Below, piece by piece: positions 42,698 through 56,032 of a DNA stretch of 64,000 nt (position 1 is the stretch's first letter; each line of letters starts with the position of its first letter). The notes below the pieces were generated by a model. It saw nothing but the letters and a program-made list of their open reading frames with translations. It was not told where the DNA came from and did no database searches. This DNA is from Lingula anatina. Taxonomy: Eukaryota > Animalia > Brachiopoda. The translations under genes and the position numbers were made by a program. The DNA is taken from positions 20,150,001 through 20,214,000 of the forward strand of contig CM120641.1 of NCBI GenBank assembly GCA_051362555.1. Direction: 5' to 3'.

Positions 42698-43559
42698 TAT
42701 GGGCGGCGGTTTATACAAAAATGCAAAACACGATTAGTCGTCATCGTTATCAGATCAGAAGGCAAAATACGACTAGTAGTCGTCAAAACGCAACTAGTCA
42801 TCAAAACGCAACTAGTCATCATCAAAACGCAACTTGTCATCAAAACGCAACTAGTCATCATCAAAACGCAACTAGTCATCAAAACGCAACTTGTCATCAA
42901 AACACGATTTGACGCCAGATGGCGCCCATTGTACGAAAATCTAGGCCAAGTCACATGATCCACAGTGATCAAAATGGCGGACGTTATTGAAGCAGCATTA
43001 TCATATTCCTCGCTCGAACTCGAGAATTATCTCGAGTTCGAGATATTATATATATATAATATCATTATTAGATTGTACGCGTAGAGATAATTCTCGAGTT
43101 CGAACTCGAACTCGAGAATTATCTCGAGTTCGAGATATTATATATATATAATATCATTATTAGATTGTACGCGTAGAGATAATTCTCGAGTTCGAGCGAG
43201 AAATATGATAATGCTGCTTCAATAACGTCCGCCATTTTGATCACTGTGGATCATGTGACTTGGCCTAGATTTTCGTACAATGGGCGCCATCTGGCGTCAA
43301 ATTGCGTTTTGATGACAAGTTGCGTTTTGATGATGACTAGTTGCGTTTTGATGATGACAAGTTGCGTTTTGATGATGACAAGTTGCGTTTTGATGATGAC
43401 TAGTTGCGTTTTGATGACTAGTTGCGTTTTGACGACTACTAGTCGTATTTTGCCTTCTGATCTGATAACGACGACGACTAATCGTGTTTTCATTTCGACT
43501 GATCTGATAACGATGACGACTAATCGTGTTTTGCATTTTTGTATAAACCGCCGCCCATA
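42698..43559. mobile_element. Foldback-type non-autonomous IS3EU-like element
   Basis: Ends TATGGGCGGCGG...CCGCCGCCCATA (TAYGG termini). 6-bp TSD ATTTTC at 42692-42697 and 43560-43565. The ~330-bp inverted arms contain 18/21-bp tandem units. Central 92-bp tandem duplication. Confidence 0.88.
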
Positions 43560-43951
43560 ATTTTCTTGTTTCCAAACAGAACAAATAATAAGCAATCCAG
43601 TGGCTCCATCTTCTCTTCAACATTTGAATTGGACTTTGGTTCTTTTAAACATTCATTACTTGCTCATTTTGTTAAATATTGGGCAAAAGGCTATTTCATC
43701 TACATTTTTTACAACACAACCCACTTTCCATTAAGAAGCAAAAGTATGTTTAATTTTTAAAATAATAAATTCTAACCATAGTGTTTTTATATCTTTGTTT
43801 TTCATACCCCAGCTTTTCATTATACAGCTTACTCTGAATTCTTGATATAAATGCTTTAATTGTGTACTTGATGTCATTATTTCCGGTCCACTGAGACAGA
43901 AAATGACAACAGACATGAAAATTCAAAGCCCTACCCTATAAAAAAAAATTC

Positions 43952-46424
43952 CTACTTTGTTGAGGAATAAGAAGTATAGTACCCCCACCAGGCTGTCAAA
44001 TGTTTCTGCACCCGTTGCTTCTCTTTGGGGCTGAATTGCAAGATGGTTGCTATTGCATTCAGCATTTGCTGTTTGCCCACACTGTCCCTGCATATCATAT
44101 AGTTATAAACCACATTTTTCAAATACTCCAGATTTGCACTTTCCCTTGACTTGCTCCTTTCATATTTCCTCACTTCTTCCTTCAGAAACTCAATTTGCTC
44201 AACATAGTGTTCCTCCTTAGCCATGAAACTTTGCTGCACCTCACGGAGAGCTTGCTCAGCCTGGTGCTTCTGCTTCCTGAGTGTGCTGTTCTCGACCACT
44301 TTCCTAGCCTGTTCTTGAGCAAAATGCAACAACGTTCCTTCATTCTGTAGAGAACTTGGAAACTGTGATAGCAAGTTCTCCACAGCAACACTCTCCTCAG
44401 TCTCATTTTCTTCCGATCCTAACGATCCCTGTCGTTCAGTTGGCCTCCATCCAGGTATACTGCACCGAAGTTGGTCTATTTCGCGGTCTTTCTCTGCAAG
44501 AAGAGCCACAGTCCTGTCCCGCTGTTTCTGTATCTGTTGCTCTAAGCTGGTCATCTTCTGTTGATGGTCCATCTCTGTGCTGGCTAGGTCAGCCTTGTGG
44601 GCCTCTGCCATCTGAGCCAAGGTCCTTTGTAACCCGGCTACTTGCTGTTTGTAATCTAACTCCATTTCTTCTTTGTCTGCCCTCTGTTGGCGAATACGGT
44701 CCTTCAGCTCTGCTATCTGGCTCTTGTAAGATTCCACTTCTTGGTTATTGGCTGTATCCTGAAAAATATAATTCATTTAAAATATTTAACAAATGTGTTA
44801 TGCATTCTTTAAAACGTTTAAGTAAAATACAGGCATTGCATTAGATTCTGTACCCTCTAGAAATATGAAACAATTTTTTAACATAAATACTTTTTGAAAA
44901 ATGGAAAAAAAAGATGAAAAAATTAGCATGTTACCAGAATAATTGGATATGAGCAGCATTAAGAAGTAACTGTTTCCACAAATCTTAACAATTTGGTGTT
45001 AATTTTAACTCATTTATCTTTACTGAAATTTTGTGCTCAAAATCACTATGTAGTGGCTATATAAAAATGGCAGTGCTTAAGAATAAAGATAAAAAATTTA
45101 AAACCTTGGCACTCTTGTTTTTCAGGACTGACTGAGCCCTGAGCTTGTATCTTTCAAACTCCTCTTTAAGCTGGCCTAACTCCTCATGGCACCTCTTGTG
45201 AAGGCTGTCATCATCTATCTGGATTCCACTTAAGAACAGTTCTAGTCAAATAAAGAAGAATTGTATAACAGAAGTAGTATTTTTAAAAAACGCATTGCTG
45301 GTTAATCTATATTAGAAAAGGCTTCTACAGCAAAGGTGGAAACATTGCAGGAAGCATTGAAATAATATTAATTATACACAAATTTCTTTACAGAAAGCCT
45401 GGAGTAAGAGATGACACACACACTTATTACACACACATTAACTATTTTTATTCAAACATATTTTAAATTGTTATTATTCTCAAATGCTGTCTCAAAAATT
45501 AACCATCTTTTGGTTCAACTGGATTCAAAACTATTGCTGACTACAGATAACAATTTTACATTTAGGCTGAACAATGTAATAGCCTAACAAATGATATATG
45601 AGGCACTACATACAGCTACAAATTACATCCACCTCCAATTTGTCATAGGTGAAGTAGCAAATCTAATCAATATCCCATTTTCTAAATAATAACAGTAATG
45701 ATGTTTTCAAAGTGCATCTACCACATTTACATAATATAATGTGGAAACATCAACGAATGGCAAGATTTTACGGTCCGATAAACCTGAACTGAAAATGGAG
45801 GGCTGCTAAAAGAACCTGAAATCCCATCATAAAATACATCAAATCTGGAGACTTTTTGACAATTTAAAATTGATGCCAACTGCAAAAAAAAAAAAAAAAA
45901 AATCCAAATTGAAATAAGATCCAGACCCAGTTTTGAACTTGGACTACAGCATCATAAACTCCAGCTAAGCTCCAGTAACTAACAAAAAATCATTTAAAGG
46001 TATTCTGGAATACCTTACCTTGCACATTAATAGGGTTCTCCGACTTCTCATTGGCCATTTTCAAAAGATCTTTCAGTTTCCCTATCTTGTCAGCCAATCC
46101 TTGGACATCCATATTGCGTTCATCCTCATCAGTGACTTCAGAGTGGACAGCCCTGGTCAAGGCTGAGTTTTCCATGTCCAGCTGAGCTATCCTGTCCTTC
46201 AGTTTCTGAATGGCTATCTGGTCCTGATAGCGAAGCCGTTCATAGTTTCCCACGGTCTCGGAGAGTTCTGACAGCTTGTTTTCCAGTCCGCATACCCTCT
46301 CCTCACCTTGCTGAGCTATCTGACCAAGTCTGCTTTCTGCCTCATTGGCACGTTTTTGCTCCTGTTGTACTTGCTGCTTGTACTGTGCCTAGTTAAAAAA
46401 GAAAAAAAATTCTATACGACATAA

Positions 46425-46455
<31 letters not shown>

Positions 46456-49400
46456 ATAGATTCTGAATACATGATCAAAAATGCACTCTTCGTGTAACAT
46501 GGATAAGAAAAGTGACAAAAACATGCTAAATCCATAAAGAATACAAAGGCCCTACCATATAAATTCCTACATTGGTCAACCTAAAATTATCTCAACTAGG
46601 TTTAAAGAGCATTATTTTTACCATGTCCACAGAAATCAACAAGACGCTATCAGAATATGAAATACAGCAAACTTCATCAAATGAATTCAATGTACACATA
46701 GGGCCAACTGATTTAATCGCATTAAAACAAATTTATGGCTAACCTTCATTTCAGCCATCTCTTTCTGCAACTCCAGTAACAGGGGGGACGGCTGATCAGA
46801 TTTTTCATCTGAGGCCTTTAGCTGAGACCTGAGATGTTCCAGCTCCTTAGACAGATCTGTGATCCTCTTCTCATACCGGTGTTCCAGCTCTGGCTGCTGT
46901 CTTCTGCTGTCTGCAAGAAGCTCCTTGGTGTCATCAAGCTGACAAGAAAAGAAATGTATTTCATATGGATTAGCAATCTATACATAATTTGACTTACATT
47001 AAACGTTCAAAATATGACTCTTTTCTTTTTTCACACTACATTTCTGTACTTTTAGGGATGCCTTAAAAATACTGGCCGACTGGATTTGTAAAGCTTTACC
47101 AATTTACACTTTATTTTGTCTACAAGTAAATACCTGGTTTTCCAAGTGTTCCTTGGCATTCCTTTCGTCTGCCAAAAGTTTCTGTAGCTCTCTCAACATC
47201 ACTGCATGATCATTCTGCTCCTTCTCTCTCTCTTCATGGTCACTTCTTAGTCGGTTCTTCAACTAAATTAAAGTCTCAAAATATTGCAATAAATACATTT
47301 TCTAGAGCTATCCTTGACACAATAGAAAAAGCTTGACTGTATTTTTCAAATAACCTTTGATGAAAATGTACTAAATAATCATTACATGAATGAGAGATTT
47401 CTGAAAACTTGAAAGAAAATATTTCAAACATAGAGGTGTAGGCTTTACACTTTAAAATACATGGATATATGTAAATCCGTTCTCAGGCTCTGAATGTCTA
47501 ATTTTTCCAATATAAACAACCTCTGTCCCCATTATGAGAGTGATTCAATATCTAGAAATTGGTTTATGGATTGTTATTCTGTGAATGGTCTTTGGTATGG
47601 CACACACTGGTTATTAGGTGAAAAATGAAATTTCCTGGAATATCAACATTTTGCTACATAAAGGTCTAATGTTCAATGTTTGCCTTTCTAGTAGAAAATT
47701 TTGCTCAGGAAGCATGCCTCTTATACCTGCAGTAACTGTTCTTGTAAAGATGCTTCTTTTTCTCCTTTTTGCTCCAACTCTTCTTTCAGCCTTTTAATCC
47801 TTTCATCATATTCTGCCTATACAATTGAATAAATATTTATGATTTCTGATCAAAACTTCAAATCCATGGACAGTGAACAATGTGTTTTACCACGTATCAA
47901 GTGTCAGCTATGCATATAAAATGTACATTAAGAAAAATAAATGGAATATCATAACAAATCTGATCAAGTTTTTGCAGTAAAATAATGGTTGCTACAATTA
48001 TCAGTGGTATATCTTGAATTAAATATAATTTAATTAAATATAATTAAATATGATTGCACATATGAAAAATACTAATGTTAGCTATAACATCTAATATCAA
48101 CTGAAAATAAATCTAGTTTTGTAACATTGTCAGTGCATAAAATCAGAACAATATGGAAAAAACCGCAAGGATCTGGTAGAATAAACATCAAAAGAGAGAC
48201 CACAAGGCCGTATGAATACTCTCATTTCCTTTTCATCCATTTCCAATTCTGCAAATCATCATAACAGAGTACTTGTCTAATACTGGTAATTTCCATGGGA
48301 TGAGCCATAATGAGGGTCAGGGAGCACTTCACAAATAGAATATAATCTCAACCATGCAACAATAGTGGTTTTAAAATAAAAGTAATGAATAATTGTGGGG
48401 AAAAAAGTAAGTTCAAAATTAATTTCCAAGTGTGAATAGAATACTGAATGGAAAAGAACAAGACTACTGCACTAAGTGCAGATTACAAGTCTGAATCCCC
48501 CCCCCCCTCCCTCCCTTTAGTATACGCCTGATGAGTACAATTCCACTATTATGGGCAATTAAACAGAACATCCAAATATCATTAGACGGATATTAAAGCT
48601 AGGCAGGAGTCAATGTGAATATAAGTTCAATGCGAATACAATATATTACTGCCTGTCGCTCCATTTCTGTTGAGTTTTATTGCTGAAAGTTGCATCTGCC
48701 TCAGAAATATAGTAGCACCATGAACAGAATATTGCTAGGGGGAATTTTGGTTCTAATTCTCCTTTCCTATCAATGCCATGGTAAGTTGAAAGGCCTTATT
48801 GACTGATATATTTTGCAAAACATTCAACAAACTGTACTTTTTTTATTTTTATTTGTAGATAGTTGCATAACAAAATCAATTTTATTCTTAATTAATTAGT
48901 GAAATGTTTTGGTGAAATAATCATGTTTTATCTTTAATAAAACATCAATCCTGATACCAGAAAATGCAAGTTTTAGAACAAATATTCAAAATATTTTATC
49001 CTTCCTCTCAGGTACTCCACTGAATGAAGTAGAAGTGACATTGGAAAAAACGTAAGTGCTTATGTTTATCATTTATTTTTTAACAATGCAATTATCAATA
49101 ATCAATGACATCACGAACTTAGGTGTTTATCTTGAAAAAGTTTGGTGAAAAAAAAAGAAGAGGTGAAAATCATTCACTTGAATGCTAAAATGTTATTGCT
49201 GTGCTTTTTTTTTGTAATGAACTGAATGAGAGAATCTATTAAATACTACAAACCAAAGGCAGTAGCCATAAAGTTTACCCAACATTTGCTATTATATCAT
49301 GACATTACTATTCAATTGTCACCTGAAACCCATTTCACAGTATGAATGTATCATTCTCAAACTTTAAGTTAGACCAAATTTTAGCCTACTTTGACTTAAT

Positions 49401-52400
49401 ATAAATCAGCAGTAGTCCAGTTACATAAGAAAGATATGGCGAATGTTTTAGGCCAACTGTAACATTATTCAATGGGCTACCATGAATTTACCTTAAACTG
49501 AAAAGCTGAGATCAAGTTTCGAACTGAAGTTCTATTATAAAATATGACTGAAATACAACTAAACTGGAGCTTGAAACATCTAAATTTATATTTTTCAGAC
49601 CACCAGAGAGAGAAAAAAGATCATGTTCATCAAAGAAATACAGCAAGTGTTGGAGGGATAAGGACTGCTGTTATCCATTAATGTGCATGTTGCCAAACAA
49701 TACAGGTTTTGTCTTTAGACAAAAAAGATGCCAGTGACACAACTCTGACAATTACCCAGTAACAGGTAAGCTTATTAAAACTACAGATAGAGAAAAAAAG
49801 GTCATTATCGCTCTTTCTTTCACCTTGAAAAAAATAAACATTTTCCTCTAACAGTTATTGTCACACTAGCAATTTTTTCACAATATTTTTTACAGTTATT
49901 GTAGCACTTACAAATCCCTGCATCTCATAAACATCACTTCAAACAACAAAAACCAAAGATGGGTTTTATAGAATATTTTCCCTTCATTTCAGAATCAACA
50001 ACATTTTTCCAATGGGAAAATGAAATGTCACTTGTGAAGATAAAATGAAAAGACTTGTATTGAGCACATCTAAGCACTGAGATTATTTACAGCCATGAAT
50101 TTCTGGTAAACATTTAGTCTCAGACTTTTTGTAAAAGGTTTACCCAAAATGCAATAAATCCTGGACTGTTAATAGTCAAGATATGGTTGTTGTGTTGTTG
50201 TATTTATTATATTTAACAAGATCTGTGGCCAGTGGTTATGTTAAACAGAGCTTTAATTCTCAAGATGCTTTTTTTCTTATCTCTTCCAACAACGAAGGTT
50301 AAGATTTTATTAGTGTTATTTGATATTTCAGACAAGTTATCTCAAAAAGTAAGCAATAAAATTTTCAAATGGACATTCATTCAGGGAAAGAAAGTACAAT
50401 TTCACCCAAATACAGGTGTCTTTATTTTCTTTATATATTTTTATTTAATTATAATCTACATTTTGGCTCAGAGGAGGTCTAGAGTCTTAGGCTCTATTCC
50501 CATAGATTTCAGATCGATCTATCCCCATGGGGAGTCTCACTAGATTACTTTAGATAATCCGACTTAAATGTCCGTCCCGCCTACTACAAGCTGGAAGGGG
50601 GTAATTAACTTTCGTGTCCGCCCGGCTGACAGCTATTTAACGTGAACCCCCAGGGAGTTAGGTCAATCTAAAGTAGGTCGATCTAATCTATGGAAATGGG
50701 GTGTTAGAGTGCTCTCTAGTTTGACCCTTCAACCTACTGAAAGGAGCTTACCCTCATCTTTTTCTTCTCGGCCTGATAGTTGGTCTCCATTTTAGTTTTT
50801 TCCTGCATTAGCGTCTGCAGAGAGGTGGTCAGAGTGGCCACCTGGTCATCACCTTCCTCCCTGTCATCTGCTCCATCTGTCTTGTCCTTTGACCCATCCT
50901 CTTTTGGATCCTAAAAGAACAAAATTTATATCAAGATAAAATTTGTTCATAAATAAAACACATTCAATTTAAAAGTTTTGATTTTCAGTTGACAGAACTG
51001 GCAAAAGGTTACTTGATAAGTCGATAACACTGCAGTCTGTTGAGACCACAGTCTCTGACAGAGGTAATGTAATCAAAGCTCACCTGACTGTATAATGGTA
51101 TTTTTTATCACATTTGATTTGCAACAACACAGAATTATATTAAGACAATGACATCTGCGATTAATCTACATACAATTCAACCTGGGTATGCATTAATCAA
51201 TCCATTCACAGTACTTTTCCAGACTGAGAATTTACAACAAAGAAACACTTAACACCAGCCCCTTCCAAAGCAACATACACAGGACAACAGCATTTTTTTT
51301 TAATCCACAAACATTTTTAAAACCCCTGCACAAATTATCAAATTTCCTAGTTTTCAATAAATTCTACAGCTATGAACTTCTACGAGCTTTAAGTGAAATA
51401 TCATATAAAGGTACACTATTCATATTTGACAATGTCCCAAAATTGCTTTTTTATCAAGGAAAATAAGAGTGGCACAAAAACCACATTTATAAAACAAGTT
51501 TTTGAGATGTTTTTGTCACTGGTCTATACATGTTAGAAGCTGTATAATTTGTAACATCAAATAATCATAAATCATCATTAAATTTCAAAACAATCATATT
51601 AATGCAGATATTTGGCAGAGTAGTTTACAAAAAAATTATTTCTTATTTCTTATAGACTAATTCCCACTGAACTAACTGCACACCCCAACTCCATTACACA
51701 GATAATTCCTACAGATTCAGCTCATTATAAATTTCAAAATGAAAATATGGCAATTATACACAAGTCCTCAACCCCTGAAGCTGTAAAGTACAAAATGTTA
51801 CCATAGACTGAAATAAATCATTAATTCCAAATTCATCCTGAAAAAGAAAGAAGCTCAGATTTACTGCCATGTAAAATGTTTTAACTCTCTATTCAAAGCT
51901 TTAGAGTCTACTGGTGTTTCACATCCCAGACACTGTTGTGCAAATCAACCTCAATCATACCATGATCTCACAATATATTTACAATTATTATTTAATGTAT
52001 ATAATCTAAGATTACTGGAAAAAGAACAGGCTGTTTACAATCTGCAAGATACTAATACATAGCCCTATCTGAGAGAGAATTTTTTCAAATTTTTTGCTGC
52101 TATGTTCAGATCACATATTTTTGACAAATCAATTTTCAAAAAGTGGCAAAAAGGGTTCGTAATAAAAAAGCAATGGGGGAAATAGTTTTTGCATTTGGTA
52201 AAGATTTAATAAATTATGCAAACGTAACCTGGACATTACGTTTTTCCGTCATTGGCTGATGATTTCCATCAATTCTTTGTATCTAAAAATAATAAAACAT
52301 TCTGCTACCTGGGCTCCTAATGGGTCTTGAACGTGTTCCCCACTGTGCCTGGTTGCGTGAGAAGACTCTGTTCCTTTCTTGGCTTTGTCTCCTCCATTTT

Positions 52401-52766
52401 TACTACAACTCAAGGCCTGAATGGTTGCTTCTAAGGCAGCTTTCTCCTTGTGCAAACTTTTATAAGCCTCAACAACATCTGTAACAAGAAAATTTACCAA
52501 TATTTTTCACAAAAGGTTGAATTTCCAACCAGTTAAATTTAATCAAATAGGAATAAATAAAGAGAATATTACCTTGCATCACTGCATGTAAAATATTTAG
52601 AAATTTATGAAACCCATCTAAAAAATAAAAAAATGTTCACTATTTAAGATGCTATTAAAGACAGAAGAAAATCAATCCTACCCCGAAGTCTCTTTTCATA
52701 TCTCCCCAGTTGCTCCTGTTGACTTGCTATGGTCTGTAGTAATTCTGACCTGCTGCTTCTATCCAT
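43952..52766 (-). CDS. GCC1: GRIP and coiled-coil domain golgin (GCC88). Exons 52766-52682, 52478-52309, 50910-50752, 47816-47727, 47262-47134, 46938-46744, 46388-46019, 45241-45105, 44758-43952
   Basis: N-terminus ELLQTIASQQEQLGRYEKRLRDVVEAYKSLHKEKAALEATIQALS; LKEEFERYKLRAQSVLKNK; C-terminal GRIP domain ESANLEYLKNVVYNYM...MLNAIATILQFSPKEK. Phases are consistent. Confidence 0.93.
50490..50703. mobile_element. Degenerate MITE with TTA flanks (PIF/Harbinger-like) in a GCC1 intron
   Basis: Imperfect ~30-bp inverted ends (GGCTCTATTCCCATAGATT..AGATCGATCTA / TAGGTCGATCTAATCTATGGAAATGGGGTG) with TTA on both sides. Confidence 0.5.
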
Positions 52767-53407
52767 GGCTGTGGCTTATTACAGTATTTGCATCTTAAAT
52801 GTTTAATTCCATTTTATCAGTACCACACAAAATAGTCTATGTTACAAAAATACGAAAACACAATGAATTTTTCAAACTATGAAATACAGTGTACGTGGGT
52901 GCTTGAGGCACATCATTCATACTAAAGACAAGAGGAGAAATTAAGGACACCTGATACCGAGATGGTACGAATATCTTAACATTTGACCTCTGACATACAA
53001 TCTATTTCAATGAAATAAATGCAACAGTTGTAGCATAAACGTAAGAGATCAGTTGTCGAGATGAGGTGGCAAGTTGAACACTCGGGCACATTTGACTAGA
53101 TAGCCTTCATTATGCTGTCTCAAACTAAATATCAGTATACATATTGTTGAACATATTTGTTTTTCAGCAAGCTTACCTCAACTTTTGAGTTCTATGTTCT
53201 TCATTATAAAAATTTAAGCACCAAACTTTTTAGCGTATGCTTGTGCTAATATTTACGAAAAAAAATAAGGTTAATCGTATTCAGATCTCCAACAACTGAA
53301 GACTGCATTTCCCACCAGAGGTCATCAAAAGGCGAACATGATTCAAGATAAGCTTTTTAGTCAAATGAGTCAAGTCAAACGTAAAGTTTAGTTAAGGTTA
53401 GGCTACC

Positions 53408-53454
53408 ATAAGATCTAATATACCAATATCTAATATCCGTTTATTAGATCTTAG
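53408..53454. mobile_element. 47-bp micro-MITE with 7-bp TSD
   Basis: TAAGATCTAATA...TATTAGATCTTA inverted ends. GGCTACC at 53401-53407 and 53455-53461. Confidence 0.65.
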
Positions 53455-53664
53455 GGCTACCGTTCCCTTTTATTTTTACCTTTATTTCTTCGCCATTATT
53501 TCGTTGGACAGGACAACTCTGTTCTTTACATTTTTGAGCAAAAGTAATTTTAGGCCTACTTTTAGTTCAGTTGGATACACTTTTTTCTCAATTTTTGCCC
53601 ATGTTTTTTTCTACACGAATTTTTTATTTATTTTTATTAAGGACAATGTAAATTTTAGTCTACA

Positions 53665-53691
53665 CTAGGACCCATGATTGGTGGGTCCTAG
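53665..53691. mobile_element. 27-bp micro-MITE with 7-bp TSD
   Basis: CTAGGACCCA-tgattgg-TGGGTCCTAG. GTCTACA at 53658-53664 and 53692-53698. Confidence 0.7.
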
Positions 53692-54307
53692 GTCTACATA
53701 AAAATGTGGCAAAAAGTAGTGAAGTTCTAAATTCGTTTAGGTATATCAAAAACACATTAAATAGGTTCAATGAGCTTTTGTCATTTTGTTGACCAGAATT
53801 GATATTCCCGCATAAATGATGAGAAATTATCAACTTTCGGATTCACGCGAGGAAGGACAATTGGATTACGCTTCCAACTTACGTAAATTGATACGTCAGA
53901 TTTAAAAGCATACTCAATCTAATTTAAAAAGCCATAAAGAGCATTGGTTTTTATGCGATAGGAGGGATATAAAACAAAATAAGGCATGGCACATTTTATA
54001 CAATTATATTTCGCACAGTCGCCACACATTTTAGAAATATTCTAAAAGAAGAATTATTTTGCACATTGCAGGTAATATTGAAAGAAGTGAACAGCATTAT
54101 AATATAAGTCCTACGGAAGATTAAACGGACTTTAAAGACTTGCATAGACGAAAGTTCTATACAGGTTTCGTTTTCTGAATGCAACTGTTTTGTCTTGGGG
54201 GTAGGGGCATTTTTATGGTGAAAAATGTGTTCAACATGCGTGTCAAATGCATCATATACATCATTGGCTGATCTTTTATTCCATTTTTATCTTCAATGTC
54301 ATGCTAT

Positions 54308-54308
54308 G

Positions 54309-54347
<39 letters not shown>

Positions 54348-54349
54348 TT
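54308..54349. repeat. (ATTT)n microsatellite
   Basis: Direct reading. Confidence 0.9.
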
Positions 54350-55014
54350 ATTTGTCAAATGCACGGATATTGAGAAACTTCAGCATTGTCTGACGTAAAT
54401 TGAGTCAGTTTTCTGATGCCTTATCTTGCAAAAAAAAAAGGCGGGAGGCGATTCCCCCTTTGAATAACAGCGTTTTATATAATTTTATATCAGATATTGA
54501 ACATCACAACAGAGAACAGGTATACAGTACACAATACGTATAAAAACAGAAACTTTATTATATACCCGGACACAACAGAAAACGAATGACACAGTAGGTT
54601 TATAGACTATTCAGCCAAGGTTAGTGTGTTAGTCCTTGGTTCTAATTAATATTGTCAATATTATGTAAGGAACGCGGTGGCGCCCCTTAACATGTCCCAC
54701 GCCCCCTAGGACGCGCGCCTAGACTAAATCCAGAAAAAAAGATTTATTATAAGGTCATATTGCAATTAGATATGAACGTACAGGGAGATATAAATAGGAC
54801 AGGTGGTGGGTAGAGAGGGAGAATTTAGGCAGTGGGAATAAAGCTGTTTGGAAATCCTAGAGTCTTGTTGCCCACTTCTTCAATTATATCCGTCAATCTG
54901 ACTTCTGCGCGGCGATTTGGAAAAATAAGTTTGACTGTTTTTGTCGATTTGCGCGTTTTCACTTGCTCAAATGTGGGAGAGTTGAAGACTTTCCGGTCAT
55001 TTGGGTGTGGCCCG

Positions 55015-56032
55015 TTAGTCACAGTGGGGTTTCAAGGTCGTCCAGCCATCTGCGTAACCTCTCTCTGTGCAGGAACACGTTAACCCCCCTTCTTTCCATA
55101 CTTCGTCAGCATCATGCCGGCCACAGTCAACTGTCAAAAACAAACAAACAACAATTTCATCCAATTTAACCGACTTCCCTAGTCGAATAAAAAACTCTTA
55201 ATTAACTTTTTTAAAATTCTTAATCTCGAAAAAGTGGTGGTTGAAAATATTTACAGAAAGTATATTTGGTTTTTACGGTAAGGTTGGACTTACGATTAGT
55301 AATGAGCCTATTTTTTTAATGTTATAGATACGAATTTAAGCATAAGGCGAAGTTTTTGACATCAATCTACAATTTTTGACACGAACTCTTGTTAAAGGCG
55401 TAAAGATCTTGTATACATGTCCGTGAAGAGCAAAAGTGGTTCTTGGGGTCTTTATCTAATATACATATATACATATACTTGTCAGTGATAAAATGAACAT
55501 AAGGATGTTTCTATGAAATTGAATTAGAAATGGAATGCAAAACTAAAAGTATTCCCCCTACGGGAAAAGTATTGAAATAAATGAAATTTCGGTCGAGTTA
55601 TCGCCAACTACATTTTTGAGGAGAATAAAGCATGCTATTCGAGCTAGTTATTCACATATTGTAAAAAAAAGAAGCACGAGATTTGCCTAAACAAAAAAAC
55701 AGAATCATGCCAGTGATTTGTCTGAGAATCAAAGCAATGGAATACATACCTTGTATACATGTCCGTGAAGAGCAAAAGTGGTTCTTGGGCCGACTTCTGG
55801 ACCCGCAGCTGCATAACTTACAGGCAAAATTAAACCTCGCCAATGGTCTATTTTCACAGAAAGGCTCTATCTCTCCGTCTGTCAAAGTCGGGTAAAAACC
55901 TGCATCGCTCATAAACTTTTCATAATCTGTAAATCGTCTCAACCTGTCGAAATCAAAAGAATCTGATCCTGAAAAGTAAACAGCCAAGAAGAGGCAGATA
56001 CAACGAAAGACAGATCTCCTGTGAATAAACAT
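55015..56032 (-). CDS. Small secreted cysteine-rich protein (~132 aa, pacifastin/VWC-like spacing). Exons 56032-55750 and 55130-55015
   Basis: Signal-like N-terminus (RSVFRCICLFLAVYFSGSDS). Module C-x11-C-x2-C-x-C-x10-C-x4-C. Phase-1 intron GTATGT...TTTTGACAG. Exon 2 reads VDCGRHDADEVWKEGGLTCSCTERGYADGWTTLKPHCD*. Confidence 0.65.

Noticed and set aside
42697-43623. Several repetitive ORFs (MTSCVL.., HQNATS.., IKTQLV..) and a possible CRISPR-like array
   Set aside because: They are translations of 18/21-bp tandem units in the foldback arms. There are no unique spacers and no cas genes, and the context is eukaryotic.
44356-44844. 162-aa + strand ORF and other ORFs antisense to GCC1, SOS, DIRS or hAT exons
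   Set aside because: Shadow ORFs of real coding sequence on the opposite strand, with no recognisable motifs.
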